64,000 nt of DNA from a virus. Shown here piece after piece: positions 1-8,547 of this stretch. The stretch is taken from positions 1 to 64,000 of IMG/VR virus record IMGVR_UViG_3300040781_000091, one strand, 5' to 3'. Each line of letters begins with the position of its first letter. The stretch's first letter is position 1. The translations under genes were made by a program, and so were the position numbers. The notes under the pieces are model-generated. The model had not been told where the DNA came from. It searched no databases and saw only the letters and a list, made by a program, of their open reading frames with translations.

Positions 1-1178
1 CCACCGCCCATTCCAAATGCAATATTGCTGATGCTCCACTTGCTCCGAAGCATAAGAGAAACAATTGCTTTTACATCTTCGATGTCGATGCCATCGCCCT
101 GGATAACTCGCACATTATTCAGAACCTTATAACCCGATTTGTTTACAGTATAACCAAACACCTTGCCGAGCTCGCGTACCACTTGCACAGGAGTCTGCAC
201 AGGATCACCACTGTCCGGACGAAATACCCAGGTGGCTCCGCTTGCATCTAATCGATCTTTAAACTTCGGTGCAATTTTACGCACCCAGTTTACCCAGTCG
301 TAGCTATCAATGACAGTCGCAAAGATTGCGCCAGGTTTTGCGTAAGCATCGAACATCTGCGTAATCAGTTGTTCTTCGCCTTCGCGGCCATGCATGGTAG
401 TTGTGCTATGTTCGCTTGCAGGGATACTGAAAGAACTCATCTCACAATTGTAACCAATATTCGCTGCAAGAACAGCAAGAACAGTGTCACTTCCGAGAAA
501 AGAAACTAAGTGGCCGGCGCCAGCGAAAGCGGCTCCTTCGCTCGAAGAAATACCACGGCTACCAAAGTCGTGTAGCTTGAAAGGAATTTCTGCATAGGCA
601 TCGTCTGAGGATCGTTTCAGACCGTCGAGGATTACTTCGCGGATGGCATAGCTCTCTGTAGCAACAGTCGTCGGCGACCATACGCGGACTAATTTAGTTT
701 CGAAGTAGCTAACCAACGAGAACAGACGCTCGTCATCTACTGTGCTTTCCACGGTAATCAACACATTCTTAACGGGAATGAGCAAGCCTTCCTCGGCTGC
801 TCGTATACGAATAGGAAACCACCCGTCGTACTCGTCGACTACTGCGCGAAGTGCAACTTCGAGGTCATCGGTGTGATTACCCATAAAATGTGCTGCTTCG
901 AATGCAACAATGTTGTTCACTTGTTCGTGTGTTAATTGCTGGAGAAAAAATTCTTTGATCAAGAGTTGAAGACCAAAGAACAAAATAGTGTCGTGTTTGC
1001 CGCCACGACTCTCGATGTAAGATACCATTCTCTTGGCACCTTTCGGGTACTGGGCGTGGTGAGTCATTTTATAGGAATCGGTATCGGCGACAGTTCCATA
1101 CTGCTCACGGATAGTTGCCATAATTCCCATTGGATTGAATTTCATCTTCGGTACCGTTTTTACTTTTTGTGCTTTCAT
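1..1178 (-). CDS. nadV: Nicotinamide phosphoribosyltransferase (NadV/Nampt), C-terminus runs off the window
   Basis: Not in the ORF track. Manual translation from ATG 1178 gives MKAQKVK...TDSYKMTHHAQYP, YIESRGG, FFGLQ, HDFGSRG, SIPASEHS, IRPDSGDP, IQGDGI, NIAFGMGG. SD GAGGAG upstream. Confidence 0.93.
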   Translation of the reverse strand, partial: MKAQKVKTVPKMKFNPMGIMATIREQYGTVADTDSYKMTHHAQYPKGAKRMVSYIESRGGKHDTILFFGLQLLIKEFFLQQLTHEQVNNIVAFEAAHFMGNHTDDLEVALRAVVDEYDGWFPIRIRAAEEGLLIPVKNVLITVESTVDDERLFSLVSYFETKLVRVWSPTTVATESYAIREVILDGLKRSSDDAYAEIPFKLHDFGSRGISSSEGAAFAGAGHLVSFLGSDTVLAVLAANIGYNCEMSSFSIPASEHSTTTMHGREGEEQLITQMFDAYAKPGAIFATVIDSYDWVNWVRKIAPKFKDRLDASGATWVFRPDSGDPVQTPVQVVRELGKVFGYTVNKSGYKVLNNVRVIQGDGIDIEDVKAIVSLMLRSKWSISNIAFGMGG

Positions 1179-1220
1179 AATTGAGCTCCTCAATTTTAAC
1201 ATGCCTGTGTCTTTCGCAGG
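1179..1220 (-). promoter_or_regulatory. Two-hairpin leader of nadV
   Basis: CCUGCG-AAAGA-CACAGG, 8-nt spacer, AAUUGAG-GAG-CUCAAUU, AUG. Confidence 0.65.
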
Positions 1221-1239
1221 ACTTCTTGTGTTGTTGTTT

Positions 1240-1267
1240 ATTATAACACCATTGTTATAAATGTCAA
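1240..1267 (-). promoter_or_regulatory. sigma70-type promoter for nadV
   Basis: TTGACA-N16-TATAAT with extended TG. Confidence 0.75.
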
Positions 1268-2391
1268 CTATTTCTTGCTGGGCCAAACGTAGTGGTTATA
1301 TCGTCTGTACCGACAGCATCTGCCACTCTATGGGCAATTTTAGAATAGTTGGCGCCGCATAGTGTGTCTTGGTCGCAGTGAGTTAACACTGCTTTCTTTT
1401 TGTAATCAAACCATGTAAAATACGCCTCGTCGACCATTACATCTCGCTTCATACGCTCGTAATCGAGTGGAGCATATCTTAACGTTTCTTGGAATTCATT
1501 CGGAACGTTTGTATCGTCCTTGAATCCGGGATTAGGCACCTCACCAGGCAACGGCCCGGCGCCGTGTCGAGTTAGGTAGGTTCGAGTAACATAATGAACA
1601 TTAATGTCGGCCTCTGTGCCCTCTAGAAGCATAGCTGGATTTTCTAAGCCAGTACTCGATCGTGTTACAAACGGAAAGTCCTCGCTACGTTGCCCGATAC
1701 GCAAGCCTTGCGCTCCTTCCATTACTATGTTAGTGAATGCAGACATAGCAACCGTGTCTTCCTTCACACCCACATTCATAATAAAGTCAGTAGCATCGCG
1801 TTGAAATATTTCCTGAGCATCTGCAAGAACGGTCAGATTAGGATCTATGCTTAATTCTTCTAACCTCTCCGGCAAATAATTGTTTTCGATCTCTTTGAGC
1901 TTCCAGATCATCTCTTCGGTTTCTTGTAAATCTGCTACAGTAAGAGAATAGCCTCTCTCATGTCGTTCGATTGTTTCGCCTATACCTAAACCACAGCTAC
2001 CGTGTCGTTCTTTTCCTCGGGCACGTTCTATGGCCTGATTAATGAACACATCGTACGGTGTAGTAACAGGACAGTTAGGATCGACGTAGACCCTGGGGAG
2101 ACCGGCTGACAATTTTCCGTACAGATCGAGTGCCTCTCTCCAGAACATAATCGGATTTACTATAAAGAAGCGACTCAGAATAGTTGGAAAACTATCGATG
2201 GTGCCGGCACCGAAGTGATGAAACACATGCCGTCTGCCGTCTGGGAGAACAACAGTGTGTCCTGCTTGGGCGCCACCGTTAAATCTCACAACAGCAGTTC
2301 CTTTGCCTCGTTCGTGTGCTAACCTCTCGGTAGTTGCACCCTTACCTTCGTCGCCGTAGTTAAGTCCGATTACGATATCTACGTTCTGCAT
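1264..2391 (-). CDS. Divergent adenylosuccinate synthetase (PurA)-family ligase
   Basis: GDEGKG, GGAQAGHT, EGAQG, FPFVTRS, TRHGAGP, THCD and C-terminal GP. The Asp-binding loop (GxTTGRxRR) is replaced. Confidence 0.85.
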   Translation of the reverse strand: MQNVDIVIGLNYGDEGKGATTERLAHERGKGTAVVRFNGGAQAGHTVVLPDGRRHVFHHFGAGTIDSFPTILSRFFIVNPIMFWREALDLYGKLSAGLPRVYVDPNCPVTTPYDVFINQAIERARGKERHGSCGLGIGETIERHERGYSLTVADLQETEEMIWKLKEIENNYLPERLEELSIDPNLTVLADAQEIFQRDATDFIMNVGVKEDTVAMSAFTNIVMEGAQGLRIGQRSEDFPFVTRSSTGLENPAMLLEGTEADINVHYVTRTYLTRHGAGPLPGEVPNPGFKDDTNVPNEFQETLRYAPLDYERMKRDVMVDEAYFTWFDYKKKAVLTHCDQDTLCGANYSKIAHRVADAVGTDDITTTFGPARNS

Positions 2392-2405
2392 TCCTATTCC
2401 TCTTG

Positions 2406-3290
2406 TTATTGCCCTGCTCCGTACAGTGCGTACTCGACTGCTTTCTTAGCTCCTGCGCCCTGAGCAGCAGATATAGCATCCTCAGGATCCATTCCTTCGT
2501 TGACCTGAATCACAGCAGTAATAACTTCACTAATGTACTTGTGATCGTTTAGAAAGATTGCTTTCTTTCCTAACACCCTAGTCCAGTTCTTGCGAACCAT
2601 TGCACCGGAGTGCTGAAAGTAGTGTCCTTCTTCAACTACTACGTGAAACACATTGTAGCGTTCTTGCGCTTCTTTCAGATACTCGTCTGCCGTCATATCT
2701 GTCTGGCTGTTGATTCCCATGCTTTCTTTAATCAACTCACGGCTCGCAGTGCGCGGAGGAAGTTCATCACCGATAGTAAACAAGTATCCTTTCTTCCCTC
2801 GCTTGTCAAAGCAATCAATCTTTGTCTTACGGGCAGCGAAAGCCCAAGGTAGGTCATAGCTTTCATAGCTGTTACCACCCCCGCCACCTTCCAGCCACAG
2901 TTCGGTCAACTGATCAGCAATACGTATGTCTGCTTCAAACTGTGTTACCTGTAGTGGCGCACGGTCACACTGAATGTCTCCGATTGCCATCATCATTAAA
3001 TGTGGATCAGTGACTGGCTTAGTGTCTATAATAGACTCAACTAGTGTGCCCAGGCCGTTCTTTGCAATGTGTTCTGCAATAAAGCCCATCGATCCCGTTA
3101 CGTCGAGACCCACAATAATAGCGGTAGACTCTGGATTCTCGTCCGAGTCTACCGACTCTCGAACTGTGATATAACGCGGATCAAACTCTTTGTTAATGCT
3201 CCGCTTTTGGAATACCTGTTCTCGGCTCTTGCCGCTGTAACTAGATGCTCTGGTACTGTATGCTGATCTATCCCATGTTGCATTTCCCAT
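2406..3290 (-). CDS. von Willebrand A (vWA) domain protein
   Basis: MIDAS-like LDVTGSM, GGGGNSYESY, FTIGDE. Confidence 0.85.
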   Translation of the reverse strand: MGNATWDRSAYSTRASSYSGKSREQVFQKRSINKEFDPRYITVRESVDSDENPESTAIIVGLDVTGSMGFIAEHIAKNGLGTLVESIIDTKPVTDPHLMMMAIGDIQCDRAPLQVTQFEADIRIADQLTELWLEGGGGGNSYESYDLPWAFAARKTKIDCFDKRGKKGYLFTIGDELPPRTASRELIKESMGINSQTDMTADEYLKEAQERYNVFHVVVEEGHYFQHSGAMVRKNWTRVLGKKAIFLNDHKYISEVITAVIQVNEGMDPEDAISAAQGAGAKKAVEYALYGAGQ

Positions 3291-3310
3291 TTTACTTCTC
3301 CTTTATTATT

Positions 3311-4024
3311 TTAATTGTTGTCAAAAAAGCCAGACATGTTGCCTTTGCCTTTGCCGTCTTTCATCATGCTCATCATCATCATCATTGGCATCATGTTTTG
3401 CATACCCATGGCGTTCGAGCCGTCACCGTTTGCGCCGAGCTGACTCATAAGCATCATTGGCATGATCTTCTCGAAGTCCATGTCACCGCCCATCATCATC
3501 ATTGGCATTAACATGCCTTGCATATTGCTAAGACCTGCTTTACCATCGGGCAGCATATTCATCAAGCTACGCAACACCATTACGCCACTGTCGAACCCAA
3601 GCATAGAAACCTTGGGTGGAGTCCAGGTATTGCTGACGCCGCCCGGAGTCATCATCTTGAAACGCTTAACCTCGCCTTGCACTACGGTCGCTGGCTCACC
3701 TTCGACAGTCGAAGGCATGGTAGTAGATGCTCCACGCACCACTTCCACTACCCAGCCCTTGAGACTATTGCCCTGGTAGATCAGGTCACCAACTGCAACG
3801 GAATTTAGCGGGGTGTTCTGTGCAAACGCAGGCACTGGCATTCCGAATTGATCCATCAAGTTAATTGCTACTTGTGCATCTTCGCCTTCGCCTTCGATTG
3901 TCACGATGCCGTCGGCAGTCTGAACTCCTACACGGCCAGTGAACATATCCCACACCACGTTGTCAACCTGGCGGAAGAATTGGTTCATCATTTTCTTGCT
4001 AATGTTATTCATATTCATATTCAT
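3311..4024 (-). CDS. Hypothetical protein with Met/Gly-rich low-complexity C-terminus
   Basis: 237 aa ORF, MPMMMM repeats, first gene of the vWA/PurA trio. Confidence 0.8.
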   Translation of the reverse strand: MNMNMNNISKKMMNQFFRQVDNVVWDMFTGRVGVQTADGIVTIEGEGEDAQVAINLMDQFGMPVPAFAQNTPLNSVAVGDLIYQGNSLKGWVVEVVRGASTTMPSTVEGEPATVVQGEVKRFKMMTPGGVSNTWTPPKVSMLGFDSGVMVLRSLMNMLPDGKAGLSNMQGMLMPMMMMGGDMDFEKIMPMMLMSQLGANGDGSNAMGMQNMMPMMMMMSMMKDGKGKGNMSGFFDNN

Positions 4025-4265
4025 TTTCTTTTACTCCTTCTTCGGTTCGTCGTTCTTTGTATTCACCACCGAAAGTTAATACAAAGTTGTGGGCATCATC
4101 TTCGCACTCAAACTCGACGCCCCTTTCTGATCCAATTGCTCGATCTCTCCAGCCACCGGAATCGAATACATGATCACCTCGCAAATTGCTGTCCAGCCAA
4201 TCTTGTACGTCATGGCGGCGAATAGTTTTTACAAAGTGCTTAAACCTAATTGCTAGTGTTTTCAT
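4005..4265 (-). CDS. Hypothetical protein
   Basis: Start reassigned to MKTLAIRF (ATGA overlap with upstream stop, SD GAGGA). Confidence 0.7.
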   Translation of the reverse strand: MKTLAIRFKHFVKTIRRHDVQDWLDSNLRGDHVFDSGGWRDRAIGSERGVEFECEDDAHNFVLTFGGEYKERRTEEGVKENEYEYE

Positions 4266-4447
4266 TTCTGTTTCTCCTCTAGCACTGCTCTTAACGCTGC
4301 GATCTCTGCATTTAGACACGCCATCTCTGCTTGTATCTGTTCTCTGGCATATGCCTTGCCTGCTTCGAAATATGCATCTTTTAGAGCTTCTAGACTATCT
4401 TTTACATTCTTCTCTATTACGATGCGCTCTTCGTCGAGCTTGCTCAT
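4262..4447 (-). CDS. Small coiled-coil hypothetical protein
   Basis: ATGA coupling, SD GGAGG, helical composition. Confidence 0.65.
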   Translation of the reverse strand: MSKLDEERIVIEKNVKDSLEALKDAYFEAGKAYAREQIQAEMACLNAEIAALRAVLEEKQK

Positions 4448-4881
4448 AATTCCTCCATCGCTGTTCCAAACCTTGCGGGCTCGCTGCCTGGCAAAGGTTC
4501 ACGAATTTGGTCAACGTCGTCCTGCCTTCTCAACTCAACTAACTTGTGTACGTTCATGTGAGGGCAAAAGATCATTTCGCCCTGAAACTTAAAGCGTTCC
4601 TCTAGCTCGTGCATCGTTGCAGCCTTTGCAGCATGCCATGCAGTTCGAACTACTTCGCTGTCACACATTGTATCCTGTAGTGGCCAAATACGACAGAACT
4701 GGCGCTCTACTTTTCTCATCCACGGTAGCTTGTCAGCCGACTCGTTATCAAGTGCGTTGAACTGTATCTGCAAGGAATAGTCGCCGTTGCGTTCACGGAT
4801 GACAAATTCAAAGTCTCCACACTCTACTTGCGACAACAATGCGCGAAAGGTGTCTGCATTCTGTAATTTTTTATCGGCCAT
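4444..4881 (-). CDS. Hypothetical protein
   Basis: Start reassigned to MADKKL, SD GGAG. Confidence 0.7.
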   Translation of the reverse strand: MADKKLQNADTFRALLSQVECGDFEFVIRERNGDYSLQIQFNALDNESADKLPWMRKVERQFCRIWPLQDTMCDSEVVRTAWHAAKAATMHELEERFKFQGEMIFCPHMNVHKLVELRRQDDVDQIREPLPGSEPARFGTAMEEL

Positions 4882-5326
4882 TTTCTTTCTCCGGGATATC
4901 AACCCACTCCATGTCCAGCCTGTTTATTACGTCTACTGGTATTGCAATTCTACCAGACTTGTTAATATCCCGGTCTGGTGAATACACAATTTGCAAAGTC
5001 AGATCGTCGGTCTGCTGCACGGGATTTGGTTGCGTCCTGTTCTTTATATTCATCTTCGTAATTTTGAAGATAGTTCCTGCCGGAAAAACAACATCGTATC
5101 TAATGTCGGTATTATGGTTCTGACGATGAATTTGTTTTCCAGTTTTGACATCTGTCCTTCCTGCTACATAATACTGTCCGCGTTCTTTCTCGAGTTCGAC
5201 GAACCCTTTTCGCTCTAAAATCTTTTCTTCTGCTGGACTAGCGCCATACCAGGGCGACAGTGACAAGGTACTGTCAGAAACCAACGCCATTGCTACGCCG
5301 ACTTGCGGAATAAATACCTTATTCAT
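4871..5326 (-). CDS. Hypothetical protein
   Basis: Start reassigned to MNKVFIP, SD GGAG 7 nt upstream. Confidence 0.65.
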   Translation of the reverse strand: MNKVFIPQVGVAMALVSDSTLSLSPWYGASPAEEKILERKGFVELEKERGQYYVAGRTDVKTGKQIHRQNHNTDIRYDVVFPAGTIFKITKMNIKNRTQPNPVQQTDDLTLQIVYSPDRDINKSGRIAIPVDVINRLDMEWVDIPEKENGR

Positions 5327-5849
5327 CGTCATACTCCATTTGTTCGGTTTCGACATCGTTGTAGATAACGTTGCCGTCCTCGTCGTATAGCGTGTCGTTG
5401 TCTACACCCATATTCTGTAACTGTTTGAACAGCTCGTCAACTGTCTGGCCTTCGTCGGCGAGCCCAAAGTCAATTACAGCATTTCCAGGTAAAGAAAAGT
5501 CACCGATCTTCCTTAATTCTCGTAGGATGTGAACATGACATGCACAGTTGTACAAATGACGATCACGATCAGTATCTAACTTTTCAATATCGCCGATGTA
5601 TGGGCCGGACACCATTAGGGCAATAAATGCCAGTGTTGACGGCAATGTAAAAACATCGAGGTGCATAGGATTGTAAACGGAAACCTTGTCAATGTGGTTG
5701 TAAGCAATCGGCCCCCAATAGTCAGTGTCTTCGACAAATTCCATATACGGGAGGACATCGAACTTGCCGGGGTATTGCTCACACAGTTTAACAATCGCTT
5801 TGTCGATTGCATCTTGGTCGATCGGTTTTGTGGGATCTGTTTGTTCCAT
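5319..5849 (-). CDS. Hypothetical acidic protein
   Basis: TAATG coupling to the upstream NadM-Nudix gene. Confidence 0.7.
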   Translation of the reverse strand: MEQTDPTKPIDQDAIDKAIVKLCEQYPGKFDVLPYMEFVEDTDYWGPIAYNHIDKVSVYNPMHLDVFTLPSTLAFIALMVSGPYIGDIEKLDTDRDRHLYNCACHVHILRELRKIGDFSLPGNAVIDFGLADEGQTVDELFKQLQNMGVDNDTLYDEDGNVIYNDVETEQMEYDDE

Positions 5850-6928
5850 TACTTTGCCCTCGCAGTTAACATAGAAATAATGCTGTGATGATCTTCGAAC
5901 AGCTGGTCGCTCATCTCAAGTGCCTCGCTCACCGGAAACCACTTTGCTGCCTCGGCGTCGTCCATCCCTTTTACCTTCGGCAGTTTGCCATCGGGTGGAC
6001 CGGGCAACTCGATAAGAAACGCATTGGTGATAGTTCGCCCTCGCAGGCTACGGTCGGGGTGATCGAAAACCTGCTGATGAGTAATATTTGCCTCGAGCAC
6101 AGGTACCGGCACCTTTACCGCTGTCTCTTCTTTAAGCTCACGGATCATGCCCTGGCGATGCGTTTCTTTCTGATTAAGATACCCGCCGGGCAGAGCCCAT
6201 AGTCCTTTTCCTGGTGCAGACTTGCGCTTAATTAAAAGCACATGGCCGCCCTGAAGAAGAACAGCATCAACCGTACAGAAAGTAACCGGATAGGGTGCAG
6301 CTCTCCATTGCTCTTTGTAACGTTGGATGAAGTTGTACTCTTCGAGTGTATGCTCGAACTCCGGGGAACCGAAGTAGTGCTCAGTCATCCATTGATTTGT
6401 CGGTTCGTGCAGTGCGCCGGCCACAAGTCGATACTGACGATTAAACATCAGGGTGCGTATTTGAGTAGCATCAATTGGGCGCTCGCCCATTTCGACGAAC
6501 TTGTCAGCGTTAACGAAATCGTAGGAAGGAAACCACTTCAGGTAGTAGGTAGTGTGGTCTTTATCGTGACCGACCAAACAGACTTTTGCACCGGTACCGT
6601 GCAGACCCATTTGGTGACAGTTGTCCTGGATGGTCTGTTGCACCTGCTTGATCCACTTGTTATCTTCGTAAAAGTAATCGCGCAGAGGAGCAAACCACAA
6701 CCTTTGATCGGTGTCGTCCTCGAAGTATTGGGGAAGTGCGTTAGTGATCATTTCTTCGCGTTCTTCGTATGTGAAGGGATTGCGAGGATCACGGGCCTGG
6801 AATGCGCTGCCAATTAACACCAAAACATTATCTGCTTGTCTAAATGCTTCGGTAATTAAGGCGTCGTGGCCCAAGTGAAAGGGTTGGAATCGTCCGATGA
6901 CGACGGCAAGTTCATATTTCTTTGGCAT
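5849..6928 (-). CDS. nadM: Bifunctional NMN adenylyltransferase / ADP-ribose pyrophosphatase (NadM-Nudix, NatV-like)
   Basis: GRFQPFHLGH (HxGH), NPFTYEER, Nudix box GGYLNQKETHRQGMIRELKEET. Start reassigned to MPKKY with SD GAGGAG. Confidence 0.93.
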   Translation of the reverse strand: MPKKYELAVVIGRFQPFHLGHDALITEAFRQADNVLVLIGSAFQARDPRNPFTYEEREEMITNALPQYFEDDTDQRLWFAPLRDYFYEDNKWIKQVQQTIQDNCHQMGLHGTGAKVCLVGHDKDHTTYYLKWFPSYDFVNADKFVEMGERPIDATQIRTLMFNRQYRLVAGALHEPTNQWMTEHYFGSPEFEHTLEEYNFIQRYKEQWRAAPYPVTFCTVDAVLLQGGHVLLIKRKSAPGKGLWALPGGYLNQKETHRQGMIRELKEETAVKVPVPVLEANITHQQVFDHPDRSLRGRTITNAFLIELPGPPDGKLPKVKGMDDAEAAKWFPVSEALEMSDQLFEDHHSIISMLTARAK

Positions 6929-6973
6929 TATTGAGCTCCTCAATAAAATTTGGGTGACAAGTCTATCTCGTCA
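6928..6973 (-). promoter_or_regulatory. Two-hairpin leader of nadM-Nudix
   Basis: UGACGAG-AUAGA-CUUGUCA, 8-nt spacer, UUAUUGAG-GAG-CUCAAUAA(UG). Confidence 0.65.
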
Positions 6974-6994
6974 AAGTTATTTATCTATGTGCTT

Positions 6995-7023
6995 ATAATA
7001 ACACCAGATAATTGATTTGTCAA
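6995..7023 (-). promoter_or_regulatory. sigma70-type promoter for the nadM operon
   Basis: TTGACA-N17-TATTAT with extended TG. Confidence 0.75.
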
Positions 7024-7277
7024 GGCCAAGGCGGATTTAATTTGTATAAAATCATCTGCTCTGGGTCAATCTTAACTAAATCGTGTGGATAGAACAATTC
7101 GCTTTTATCGCGCTTGCCGTACTCTACACGTACCATTTTGGGTGTGAAACGAGTAATACGACCTATACCAAACACCCTATCTATCCTACCGGGTTTATTA
7201 ATAACAACATAGTCGTTCAGTTCTATCGGCTGTCCGATAAAATCCGGGAGTTTCTCCGTGCGCTTATCTAGTTCCAC
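7020..7277 (-). CDS. Small SH3/KOW-like hypothetical protein (paralog of 7264-7494)
   Basis: DFIGQPIELNDYVV...GRITRFTPKMVRVEY. Confidence 0.7.
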   Translation of the reverse strand: MELDKRTEKLPDFIGQPIELNDYVVINKPGRIDRVFGIGRITRFTPKMVRVEYGKRDKSELFYPHDLVKIDPEQMILYKLNPPWP

Positions 7278-7494
7278 TTTTCTTTAACCAATACACAATA
7301 GCAACTTCTTCTTCAACAAGTGCTATTTGAGATGTTTGACACAATTTGGTATCGTTTGAGTTAGGTCTATATTCTACCCTACATGCTTTTGGTGTGAATT
7401 TGATAATTTTGCCGACCCGTAGATCCGCGTATCCGGTTTCGTTTGTGACAACCGTGTCGCCTAATTTTAATTCGTTTCCGAGGATGTCTTTCAT
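7264..7494 (-). CDS. Small SH3/KOW-like hypothetical protein (paralog of 7020-7277)
   Basis: DILGNELKLGDTVV...GKIIKFTPKACRVEY; ATGA-coupled start at 7494. Confidence 0.7.
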   Translation of the reverse strand: MKDILGNELKLGDTVVTNETGYADLRVGKIIKFTPKACRVEYRPNSNDTKLCQTSQIALVEEEVAIVYWLKKSGTR

Positions 7495-7856
7495 CCACTT
7501 AGTTCCATGTCGTATAATTCGTTGCATGTGATGCAGCGGTAAGCGGGGGTAAAACGAGGTGCGAATTGGATCATTTCCCATTCGTGTATATGGTCTTTAA
7601 ATTGTTCCAAGACATAACCGTATCCGTAGCAGTTCGGGCATCTACACTTAAAGTGTTTTCCTATGCCGTATTTTCCTAGTTCTAAGTTCCAGCCACCATA
7701 TCCCTTACACTGCTTGCATTCGTGTGTTAAGCGGTCTTTTTTCTCCGGATTTTGGCCAGTTTGCAGCCGGACCATAACTGCTACGTGTGCAGGGCACTCC
7801 TTCTTCTCCATGCCAAGGAAAGCACCGGGATCATCTGGAGTAAGGTATTCGCTCAT
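7491..7856 (-). CDS. Zinc-finger protein with DnaJ-type CxxCxGxG motifs
   Basis: CKQCKGYG, CPNCYGYG, HxH and CxxC. Confidence 0.65.
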   Translation of the reverse strand: MSEYLTPDDPGAFLGMEKKECPAHVAVMVRLQTGQNPEKKDRLTHECKQCKGYGGWNLELGKYGIGKHFKCRCPNCYGYGYVLEQFKDHIHEWEMIQFAPRFTPAYRCITCNELYDMELSG

Positions 7857-8266
7857 TCCTCGTCATCTGATTCGTCTAACTCGATATCGAATCCCAATTC
7901 TTCCAGGAGCTTCAGCGTAACATCTCCGTGTACCTCAGCATCGAGACTGAACATCTTACGCTCTTGCATACCTTGCTCGCTTCCGCCGGCATTGTAAACA
8001 AGGGTTCCGATCTCTTTGTGGTTCGAGATAAAATTGTTTATTGCCTGTTCTATCCCGGCATCCGTGTAGCACAGACCGTACTTGTTTGCGTCAGTGTCGT
8101 GGTATGCATTAATACTTGCATACCAGTCGTCGGGATCAAACGACTTAATCTCGACCTCAAGACGGTTAAACTTAACTACCGTTCCGGGTTCCATGCCATA
8201 GAGACCAGACCCATCAGCTACGCCTTCGAAATCTACAACATAAGTCTTAGTAGTCCAGATATCCAT
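7853..8266 (-). CDS. Hypothetical protein
   Basis: ORF behind the sigma70 promoter at 8297-8324, SD AGGA. Confidence 0.7.
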   Translation of the reverse strand: MDIWTTKTYVVDFEGVADGSGLYGMEPGTVVKFNRLEVEIKSFDPDDWYASINAYHDTDANKYGLCYTDAGIEQAINNFISNHKEIGTLVYNAGGSEQGMQERKMFSLDAEVHGDVTLKLLEELGFDIELDESDDEE

Positions 8267-8296
8267 TTAACTGTCCTGCTTGTTTAAGTTGTGTAT

Positions 8297-8324
8297 ATTA
8301 TACAACTTTTAGCAGAAAAGTCAA
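8297..8324 (-). promoter_or_regulatory. sigma70-type promoter
   Basis: TTGACT-N16-TATAAT. Confidence 0.7.
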
Positions 8325-8330
8325 CCACTC

Positions 8331-8546
8331 TTAAAATTTTGTACTCAGTATATCAGCGGCGTCAGTGATGTTTTCTACTGCTAATCGCAATTCTTCTTCG
8401 GCCCTCTCGCAATCGTCAATTAGTTCGCCGATGTCGCTTTCCATTTGCCTGAGCGAATCTCTGCGCTTAGAGAGTATGCCCATTTCTTTCTCTAGCTGTT
8501 TTGCCATCGACTTTAGTTTACGATCGATTTTGGGTTCAGTTGTCAT
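8331..8546 (-). CDS. Small coiled-coil protein
   Basis: Heptad-like helical sequence. Confidence 0.65.
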   Translation of the reverse strand: MTTEPKIDRKLKSMAKQLEKEMGILSKRRDSLRQMESDIGELIDDCERAEEELRLAVENITDAADILSTKF

Positions 8547-8547
8547 A

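Noticed and set aside
936-1184. Plus-strand 82-aa ORF
   Set aside because: Antisense to nadV, which has clear family motifs
1264-2391. PurZ and a diaminopurine (Z) genome, given a PurA homolog and a MazG in the window
   Set aside because: The motif is GDEGKG with Asp, not the PurZ GSxGKG. No DatZ-like HD phosphatase is seen, and the MazG is unlinked.
3245-3511. His-rich plus-strand ORF
   Set aside because: Antisense shadow of ATG repeats in the Met-rich gene
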